64,000 nt of DNA, taken from NCBI GenBank assembly GCA_039028615.1, contig JBCCHT010000012.1, positions 32,001-96,000 of the forward strand. Direction: 5' to 3'. The notes beneath the pieces are model-generated. The model saw nothing but the letters and a program-made list of their open reading frames with translations. It was not told the DNA's origin and searched no databases. Shown here piece by piece: positions 57,016 to 64,000 of this stretch. Made by a program: the position numbers and the translations under genes. Numbering within the stretch: the stretch's first letter is position 1; every line of letters begins with the position of its first letter. The stretch is from Myxococcota bacterium. Lineage in GTDB: Bacteria; Myxococcota_A; Polyangia; Nannocystales; Nannocystaceae.

Positions 57016-59346
57016 TCAGCGATTCAGGTCGAAGCGATCGGCCCGCATGACCTTGGTCCAGGTCGCCACGAAGTCGCGCACGAAGGCCTCTTGGTCGTAG
57101 GCGTAGGCCTCGGCCACGGCCCGAAGCTCGGCGTTCGAGCCGAAGACCAGATCGACCTCGGTGGCCTTCCACTTCACGGCTCCCGAGTGGTCACGGCCCT
57201 CGAACACGTTCTTCGCCTGCGCGGGCTTCCACTGGGTGGACATGTCGAGCAGGTGGACGAAAAAATCGTTGCTGAGCGTGCCGGGACGCTCGGTCAAGAC
57301 CCCCACCCCGCCGTCCTCGGCGTTGTTGCCGAGGACGCGCAGGCCACCGAGCAACACCGTCATTTCCGGGACGCTCAGGTCGAGCAGGTCGGCCTTGTCG
57401 ATGAGGGCATCCGCCGGGCTGCGCAGCTCGTGCGCGGTGTAGTAGTTGCGGAAGCCGTCCGACTTTGGCTCGAGGGGCTCGAACGAGGGCACGTCCGTCT
57501 GGTCTTGCGTGGCGTCGACCCGACCCGGTTCGAAGGGCACCGTGACGCTCAGGCCACCGCGACGTGCCGACTCTTCGATGCCAGCCGCCCCCGCGAGCAC
57601 GATGAGGTCGGCCATGGAGACCTTCTTGCCTCGCGAGGCCGAAGCGTTGAACGCAGACTGCACCGAGGCGAGCGCGTCGAGGACCTCGCCGAGCTCCGCG
57701 GGTCGATTGACCTCCCAGCCCTTTTGCGGAGCCAGTCGGACGCGAGCCCCGTTGGCACCGCCACGCATGTCGGAGTCCCGGTAGGTCGAGGCCGAGGCCC
57801 AGGCGGTCCGCACGAGCGCGGCGGGGTCGATGCCCCGGGCGAGGATGTCCTTTTTGAGCGACGCGATGTCGCGTGCGTTCACGAGCGGGTGGTCGAGCTC
57901 AGGCAGCGGGTCCTGCCAGGCGAACACCTCCCGCGGCACGTCGGGACCCAGGTAGCGCGCCCGGGGGCCCAGATCGCGATGCGTCAGCTTGAACCAGGCT
58001 TTGGCGAACGCCGCTTCGAAGGCCTCCGGGTCGTCTCGGAAGCGCTCGGAGATGGCCTCGTACGCGGGGTCCTCCCGCAGCGAGAGATCGGTGGTCAGCA
58101 TCATCGGCGCATGACGCTTGGAGGCATCGTGTGCATCGGGGACCAGCGTGGCCGCCTCGCCGCCCGCGGGTCGCCACTGGATCGCGCCACCGGGCCCCTC
58201 GTGCTTTTCCCATTCGTAGTCGAAGAGGAAACGGAGGTACTGGTGGGTCCACTTGACGGGTGCCGCCGTCCAGGCGCCTTCGATGCCGCTGGTCACCGTG
58301 TCGACCCCCTTGCCGTCGCCGCAGCGGTTGTTCCACCCGAAGCCCTGCTCCACGATGGCTGCCGCGGCCGGCTCGGCCCCGACACAGTCGCCGGGTTTGT
58401 GGGCGCCGTGGGACTTGCCGAAGGTGTGACCCCCGGCGATGAGCGCGACCGTCTCTTCGTCGTTCATCGCCATGCGCGCGAAGGTCTGACGGATGTCGCC
58501 CGCGGCGGACACCGGGTCGCCGTTGGCATCGGGGCCCTCGGGATTGACGTAGATGAGGCCCATGTGGGCGGCACCGAGAGGTTCATCGAGCGTGCGGTCA
58601 CCGTGGAAACGGTCGCTGCCGAGCATCTCGGCCTCGGGCCCCCAGTACACGAGGTCGGCTTCCCAGTCGTCCTCGCGGCCCCCGGCAAAACCCAGGGTCT
58701 CGAAGCCCATGGACTCCATGCCCACCGTGCCCGCGAGCACCATGAGGTCGGCCCACGACAACGCCCGACCGTACTTGGCCTTGACCGGCCACAGGAGGCG
58801 ACGCGCCTTGTCGAGGTTGCCGTTGTCGGGCCAGCTGTTGAGCGGCTCGAAGCGGATCTGCCCGCCATCGGATCCGCCTCGCCCGTCCGTCACGCGGTAG
58901 GTCCCGGCGCTGTGCCACGCGAGCCGCACCATGAGCGGGCCGTAGTTGCCGTAGTCGGCCGGCCACCACGGCTGGCTGTCGGTGAGGACCGCCTCGATGT
59001 CCTTCTTCACCGCGTCGAAGTCGAGCGTGGCGAACTCGCGAGCGTAGTCGAAGTCGCGGCCATGGGGGTTGGCCGCCTCGTTGTGACGGAGCGCCCGCAG
59101 GTCGAGCTGGTCGGGCCACCAGTGGTCGTTGGGGATCGCCTCACCCGCCGCGAAGGCCTTCGTCGTGCCAGGGGCGCCCTCGTCGGCCGAGCTCGGGCCA
59201 GCGTCGGCGGCCGACCGAGCGGGTGCCTGGGACGCCGGCGTGGACTTCGCCGGGTCGCAGGACGCGACCAGAGCCAGGGACAAGGCGGCGCCGATGAGGG
59301 CCATCGCGCGTCGCGTACGAGGGTTGCGTGTCTCTCCGAGTCTCAC
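57016..59346 (-). CDS. katG: Catalase-peroxidase with N-terminal signal/lipobox
   Basis: [52 protein letters not shown]-terminal DRFDL. Confidence 0.97.
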   Translation of the reverse strand: MRLGETRNPRTRRAMALIGAALSLALVASCDPAKSTPASQAPARSAADAGPSSADEGAPGTTKAFAAGEAIPNDHWWPDQLDLRALRHNEAANPHGRDFDYAREFATLDFDAVKKDIEAVLTDSQPWWPADYGNYGPLMVRLAWHSAGTYRVTDGRGGSDGGQIRFEPLNSWPDNGNLDKARRLLWPVKAKYGRALSWADLMVLAGTVGMESMGFETLGFAGGREDDWEADLVYWGPEAEMLGSDRFHGDRTLDEPLGAAHMGLIYVNPEGPDANGDPVSAAGDIRQTFARMAMNDEETVALIAGGHTFGKSHGAHKPGDCVGAEPAAAAIVEQGFGWNNRCGDGKGVDTVTSGIEGAWTAAPVKWTHQYLRFLFDYEWEKHEGPGGAIQWRPAGGEAATLVPDAHDASKRHAPMMLTTDLSLREDPAYEAISERFRDDPEAFEAAFAKAWFKLTHRDLGPRARYLGPDVPREVFAWQDPLPELDHPLVNARDIASLKKDILARGIDPAALVRTAWASASTYRDSDMRGGANGARVRLAPQKGWEVNRPAELGEVLDALASVQSAFNASASRGKKVSMADLIVLAGAAGIEESARRGGLSVTVPFEPGRVDATQDQTDVPSFEPLEPKSDGFRNYYTAHELRSPADALIDKADLLDLSVPEMTVLLGGLRVLGNNAEDGGVGVLTERPGTLSNDFFVHLLDMSTQWKPAQAKNVFEGRDHSGAVKWKATEVDLVFGSNAELRAVAEAYAYDQEAFVRDFVATWTKVMRADRFDLNR

Positions 59347-59404
59347 GGAGACACTATTCGCGGCCCGACCGGGTTGGGTCCAAGACCAACAATCTGGGGG
59401 AGCG

Positions 59405-59419
59405 ATAGGCAGGGCCTAT
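59405..59419. promoter_or_regulatory. OxyR-type binding box upstream of katG
   Basis: ATAG-N7-CTAT, within the palindrome GATAGGC-agg-GCCTATC. Confidence 0.65.
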
Positions 59420-59439
59420 CAGCGGAGGTCGCCGCGCCC

Positions 59440-60345
59440 CTATCGCGGCATCACGCCGCGGAAGGCCACCACGAGCTCCTCGAGCACCCCGGAAAGAGGG
59501 TGCCCCTCGGTCGTGACGAGGGTCAGCGTGCGGCCGATCGTATCTTCGACGAAGGGCCGCACCTGGATCGGCGCTCGTGCTCGCTCCGCTTCCACGGCCA
59601 TGGCGGGCAACACACTGACGCCGAGCCCAGCCGCGACCATCTGCACCATGGTGACCAGGCTCGTCGCTCTGAACTGCGAGCGCTGAGTGCTGGGGAATCG
59701 GCACAGCGACAGCGTCTGATCGCGCAGGCAGTGCCCCTGCGCCAGCAACAAGAGCTGCTGCTCGTGCAGCCAGCTGACCGGCACCTCGTCGGGGAGCGAC
59801 ATCTCCTGTGGGGCGATCACCACGAACGGCTCCCAGCCCAGCTCGTGCCCCCGTTGACCGGGCTCCGTCGGAGGGTCGGCGATGACGATGGCGTCCGCCT
59901 TGCCGTGCGCCAGCGCCTCTTCGGCAGAGGTCGTCTGCAGCTCGAGCCAGTGAACGGTCGGGCCCTCCCCCGCCTTCATCGCCTGGCTGAGGGCGGGCAA
60001 CAGGTAGGGGGCGACGGTGGGGATGACCGCGATCCGTACGGGGACGGCGTAGGGATCGTGGAGGGTGGCGGCGGTGGCCTCGACGAGGGCGGCCGCGTTC
60101 AAGGCCTCGCGAAAGGCCGGCAGCTGGCGCTCACCCGCAGGCGAGAGAAACACGCCTTTGGGGGTGCGCACGAACAGCTCGGTGCCCAACACCGCCTCGA
60201 GCTTCGCGACCTGCGAGCTGAGGGACGGCTGCGAGACCCCACAAAGAGCCGCGGCTGCCCCGAAGCCTCCCGTCTCGGCCACGGCGAGAGCGTATTGGAG
60301 CTGGCGCAGGGAGAAGGCAGGAGTCTGGAACTGGTTGATGGCCAT
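59440..60345 (-). CDS. oxyR: Hydrogen peroxide-sensing LysR regulator
   Basis: LysR HTH, IPTVAPYLLP, GHCLRDQTLSLC (both redox Cys), ATSL. Confidence 0.88.
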   Translation of the reverse strand: MAINQFQTPAFSLRQLQYALAVAETGGFGAAAALCGVSQPSLSSQVAKLEAVLGTELFVRTPKGVFLSPAGERQLPAFREALNAAALVEATAATLHDPYAVPVRIAVIPTVAPYLLPALSQAMKAGEGPTVHWLELQTTSAEEALAHGKADAIVIADPPTEPGQRGHELGWEPFVVIAPQEMSLPDEVPVSWLHEQQLLLLAQGHCLRDQTLSLCRFPSTQRSQFRATSLVTMVQMVAAGLGVSVLPAMAVEAERARAPIQVRPFVEDTIGRTLTLVTTEGHPLSGVLEELVVAFRGVMPR

Positions 60346-60441
60346 GTCGCTTCGCCTTCCCGAGCGGCATGCACAGTCTAGCAGGGGGCGCTCCGTGGAA
60401 CGCCGACCCCGAGCAGGCGGCGGAAGTCTCGTCGCGACGCG

Positions 60442-61683
60442 CTACCCGGGGGGAAGCTGCGGCGAGGCGATCCCGGTAATCTGCGGGATTCGGTTCTTGA
60501 GCCGCCGCTCGATGCCCTGGCGCAGCGTCGCCTGCGAGCTGGGGCAGCCGACACAGTTACCCGTGAGCTGCACGTGCACCACGTTGCCCTGGACGTCGAG
60601 CAGCTCGATGTCGCCGCCGTCGGCCTGCACCATCGGGCGACACTCGTCGAGCACCTCGCGAACACGGCCGACGAGGGCGTCTCCATCGAGGACCTCGTCG
60701 TCCGCCGCCGCTTCGCCCACGCCCAGCCCCTCGAAGGGCGAGCGCTCGGGGTGCAGCACGGGGAGCTTGAGCCGCGGCTTGGCCACCTTCGGGGAGACGG
60801 TCTCGCCTCCGACCGAGGTCCAGGCATCGATACCGCCGCCCAGGCTCACCGCGGAACGGAAGCCGTGGCTGCGCAGCGCCTGCACGGCGCGAAGCGAGCG
60901 TCCGCCCGACTTGCAGTACACGATCCACACGTCGTTGGCGTCGAGTTCGCCCGCTCTCGCGTCGAGGTCGTCGAGCGGGATGTGGAGGGACCCTGCGATC
61001 ATCCCTTGCTCCGTCTCGGCCTTGGTGCGGACGTCGATGAGCCGCAGGTCGGCGCCGGATTGCTTGCGGGCCCGCAGCTCCGCGACGTCGATCTCGTCGA
61101 CCAGCGCGTCGTCGGCCTCGGCCGGCTCGGGCGTGGCGGCGATGCGGGTCTGGAGCTCGCCCGACTGGTCGAGCGCACGCAGCTCCTCGAAGCCGCCGAT
61201 CGACTCGCCGTGGATGAAGATCTGCGGCGTGGTCTGCTGACCGGTCACGATCTTCAGCCAGCTCAAGGTCGCGTCGTCGCCCTTGATGTCGTGCTCGGCG
61301 AAGGGAATCTCGCGCTCGCGCAGCAGGTCCATCGCGGCGCGCGAGTAAGGGCAGCCTCGCTTGTAGTAGAACTCGACCGCGGGCTTGGCCGGCTCGGCGG
61401 CGGCCGCCTCCTCTTCCTCTTCGTCGGCCTTGACGATGCCGTGGTCGACCTGGTGCTTGCGCAGCTTGGCGCGGTCCGAGTCCCACATGTGCTGGTCGGG
61501 CGTTTCCCCCGTCCACTCGGGGTTGGGCGCCTGTGGAGGAATGTCGTCGAGACCGACCACGCCACGGGCACGATCGAGGACGGAGGCAGCCGCGCGCACG
61601 GGAGCGCGCTCGGAGCTACGCGCCTTGTCGACGACGACATCGAGGGTCTTGACCGTTACGCGGCGAAGGAGGGTGCCCAGCAT
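60442..61683 (-). CDS. Glutaredoxin-rhodanese-NifU(Nfu) fusion protein
   Basis: CPYS..TTPQIFI..IGGFEEL (Grx); IDVR..G..YCKSGGRS..LGGGIDAW (rhodanese); RPMVQADGGDIEL..GNCVGCPSSQATL (NifU-C). Confidence 0.9.
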   Translation of the reverse strand: MLGTLLRRVTVKTLDVVVDKARSSERAPVRAAASVLDRARGVVGLDDIPPQAPNPEWTGETPDQHMWDSDRAKLRKHQVDHGIVKADEEEEEAAAAEPAKPAVEFYYKRGCPYSRAAMDLLREREIPFAEHDIKGDDATLSWLKIVTGQQTTPQIFIHGESIGGFEELRALDQSGELQTRIAATPEPAEADDALVDEIDVAELRARKQSGADLRLIDVRTKAETEQGMIAGSLHIPLDDLDARAGELDANDVWIVYCKSGGRSLRAVQALRSHGFRSAVSLGGGIDAWTSVGGETVSPKVAKPRLKLPVLHPERSPFEGLGVGEAAADDEVLDGDALVGRVREVLDECRPMVQADGGDIELLDVQGNVVHVQLTGNCVGCPSSQATLRQGIERRLKNRIPQITGIASPQLPPG

Positions 61684-61784
61684 GGCGGTCGCTTCCGTAG
61701 CCCGCGCCTCGGACCACCGTCAAGGGCGGCTATCGCGGCCCAGCCGCGAAGCGAGATTCACATCACGGGTGATACGCTTCCTTT

Positions 61785-62819
61785 GTGGATCCACGAGGCA
61801 AGTGTGAGTTGGCCCTGTTGGTGTTCGTAGGGGCGTGTGGATCGACGAGTGAGGGACCTGCGGCCGCATCCGGGACTGAGGGTTCGACCAGCCTCGAGCA
61901 GAGCCAAGACCCGAGCGCCCCCGGTGACACGATGGCGGCGGCGGGCTCGAGCGGGGCCGCCGAAGCCACGGGCACGACCGGCGGTGCGGACTCGACCGGC
62001 GGATCGGACGACACCTCGCCGCCCCAGCTTCCGTGCAACGGTCACGTCGAGCTGTGCGACCGCTCCTTCGATCAAGTGGTGTTCCCCGGTACGCACAACA
62101 GCCACGCCGCACTCGACGACGGCTTCCCGATCATCAACGCCAACCACCAACGCGGCATCGCGCAGCAGCTCGATGATGGCGTGCGGGTGATGCTGCTGGA
62201 CATCTACCCCGACCCCGCCGACGACGAGCAGATCGTGCTGTGCCACGGCCCGTGCATCCTCGCTTCGCTGCCGCACCTCGACGGGCTCCAGACCATCGTC
62301 GACTTTTTGCGGGACAACCCCCGCGAGGTGCTGACCATCATCTATCAAGATGCGGTCGACGTCGAAGAGGTCGCGCAGGACTTCGCGCTGACTACCGCCG
62401 ACACGCTGACCTACGCGCACCAGCCCGGCACGGCATGGCCGACGCTCGGCGAGATGATCGAGGCCGACACCCGACTGGTCATCACCGCGGAGTCGGGCGG
62501 ACCCCCGCCCGCTTGGTACCACCACGTCTGGGACGAAGCCTGGGACACCCCCTACGGCCCCTCCTCCATCGACGACCTGTCGTGCGACCACAACCGCGGC
62601 TCGACCGATCACGACCTGTTCCTCATGAACCATTGGGTCAACACCCTGGTGGGGCTGCCCGATCAGGGCGGGGCGAGCGAGGTCAACTCCACCGACGTGC
62701 TGCTCACCCGCGCGCAAGAATGCTGGGAGCGGTGGGATCACCCGCCGAACTTCGTGGTGGTGGATTGGTACGAGCAGGGCGATCTGTTCGCGGTCGTCGA
62801 CACGCTCAACGGAATCTGA
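61785..62819 (+). CDS. PI-PLC-like phosphodiesterase lipoprotein
   Basis: CNG..LCDR, THNSH, QLDDGVR..LD, LCH, WPTLGEMI and PNFVVVD motifs; VGAC lipobox. Confidence 0.85.
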   Translation: MDPRGKCELALLVFVGACGSTSEGPAAASGTEGSTSLEQSQDPSAPGDTMAAAGSSGAAEATGTTGGADSTGGSDDTSPPQLPCNGHVELCDRSFDQVVFPGTHNSHAALDDGFPIINANHQRGIAQQLDDGVRVMLLDIYPDPADDEQIVLCHGPCILASLPHLDGLQTIVDFLRDNPREVLTIIYQDAVDVEEVAQDFALTTADTLTYAHQPGTAWPTLGEMIEADTRLVITAESGGPPPAWYHHVWDEAWDTPYGPSSIDDLSCDHNRGSTDHDLFLMNHWVNTLVGLPDQGGASEVNSTDVLLTRAQECWERWDHPPNFVVVDWYEQGDLFAVVDTLNGI

Positions 62820-62910
62820 CGCTTCGCCGTCCGAAAAATCGCCGCCTGACGTGAGTTCGTCGCCGGGCGAAGCCTTGATCGGGTGAGGTCGAAAACCCAC
62901 TACCGCCTTC

Positions 62911-64000
62911 GTGCCGCCGTTTCGAGGCCTCCTCGTCGCACTGGCCGGGCTGATGCTCACCGCCTGCGCCTTCTCCGCTAGCCGCCCCCACCTTCGCAAG
63001 CCGAGCCGCGACCTCGTCGTCCCCGGCGATGGCTTCCTCAAGACCTACGACAACGGGCTGACCCTGATGGTCGTGCCCGACCCCTACGCTCGGGTCGTCC
63101 AGTTCGACGTCCGCCACGAGGTCGGCTCCCGGGACGAGCCCATCGGACAAGAAGGCGTGGCCCACTTCGTCGAGCACCTCATGTACGAGCTGCCTTCGAA
63201 GGGCCCGGGCACCACGACGCTCTATGCGGAAGCCCGCGCGCGCTCGGTGGCGTTCAATGCCTATACCGCGCTCGACGAGACCCACTATCAATATACCGGG
63301 ATCTCCGAGCAGCTCCCGACCTATGTCGAGCACACCGCCAAGCGGCTGAATTTCGACTGCGGGGCCATCGACGACGCCGCCCTGGAGCAGGTCACGGAGA
63401 TCATCCGCAACGAGCTCCGCGAGCGTCGGGGCACCTCGAGCATGCAGGTTCGCGACCAGATCGTCGCCGCCATCTATCCCGAGGAGCACCCCTACCACCA
63501 CAGCGAAGCGGACTACGAACGGCTGGACTCGCTCACGTGGCACCAGCTGTGCACCTTCGCCACCGAGCACTACACCACCGATCGCACCACCATCGTCGTC
63601 ACGGGCAACGTCGATCCTCTGGCGGTCCTCGAGCTCACCAACCAGACGCTCGAGCCCCTGCCCGCCAAGGAGTCGGACCCACGCACCGCAATCCCGGAAT
63701 TCGAGCTACCCGTGGGGCGGGTCTCGCTCGAGTCTCCCGTCTCGTCCCCCAGCGCGCTGGTCGTGTTCCAGATGCCGCGGCGCTTCACCGAGGACTACGT
63801 GGCGACCCAGGTCGCAGCGACCGGCATCGAGATCTCCCTAGAGACGGTCATCAACCGGGATCGCGGGAACAACGACCGCTGGGACTTCACGTTCTCCTCG
63901 TGGCTGGGCGGCAAGGAGGCCCCGGTCTGGGCCATCGCGGTCGAGCCGGACGAGGACACCTCGCTCGACGATGCCGTGGACGAAGTCCTGGAGGTCCTCG
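62911..64000 (+). CDS. M16 (insulinase) family peptidase lipoprotein, truncated by the window end
   Basis: GTG start, LTAC lipobox, NGLTL, VGSRDE..GVAHFVEHL, FNAYT; open to the window end. Confidence 0.85.
   Translation, partial: MPPFRGLLVALAGLMLTACAFSASRPHLRKPSRDLVVPGDGFLKTYDNGLTLMVVPDPYARVVQFDVRHEVGSRDEPIGQEGVAHFVEHLMYELPSKGPGTTTLYAEARARSVAFNAYTALDETHYQYTGISEQLPTYVEHTAKRLNFDCGAIDDAALEQVTEIIRNELRERRGTSSMQVRDQIVAAIYPEEHPYHHSEADYERLDSLTWHQLCTFATEHYTTDRTTIVVTGNVDPLAVLELTNQTLEPLPAKESDPRTAIPEFELPVGRVSLESPVSSPSALVVFQMPRRFTEDYVATQVAATGIEISLETVINRDRGNNDRWDFTFSSWLGGKEAPVWAIAVEPDEDTSLDDAVDEVLEVL

Overview
High-GC, gene-dense chromosomal segment with about 47 CDS. Many are lipoproteins with Ser/Thr/Gly/Asp-rich linkers, a style suggesting a myxobacterium such as a Nannocystaceae member (inference only). 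I found no rRNA, tRNA, CRISPR array, integrase or transposase. Recognisable blocks: (i) a small exported protein built from (Y/F/S)W-DDDDD heptad repeats; (ii) a large HTTM-domain membrane protein next to a lipase-like lipoprotein; (iii) an orphan T6SS-type effector module (DUF2169, ketosynthase-like protein, DUF4150/PAAR-like toxin, Imm47-like immunity); (iv) a translationally coupled six-gene ion/osmotic operon (CPA antiporter, TrkA, TrkH, a 1385-aa antiporter fused to a P-loop ATPase and winged helix, MscS, and an M28-fold lipoprotein lacking its metal ligands); (v) a frameshifted VIT/P-domain/vWA gene; (vi) pspA-tetR, then an RRM gene with a structured leader beside a hairpin-rich 730-bp gap; (vii) two Rieske oxygenase paralogues, one lacking the catalytic iron site, a group II decarboxylase and phoD; (viii) a radical 2-hydroxyacyl-CoA dehydratase/activase pair behind a double-palindrome operator; (ix) an oxidative-stress block (glutaredoxin-rhodanese-NifU fusion, oxyR, lipoprotein-type katG with an OxyR box). 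The best candidates for undescribed systems are (iv), the Grx-rhodanese-NifU fusion locus and the YW-D5 repeat protein. All family calls come from motif recognition by eye; no database searches were run.
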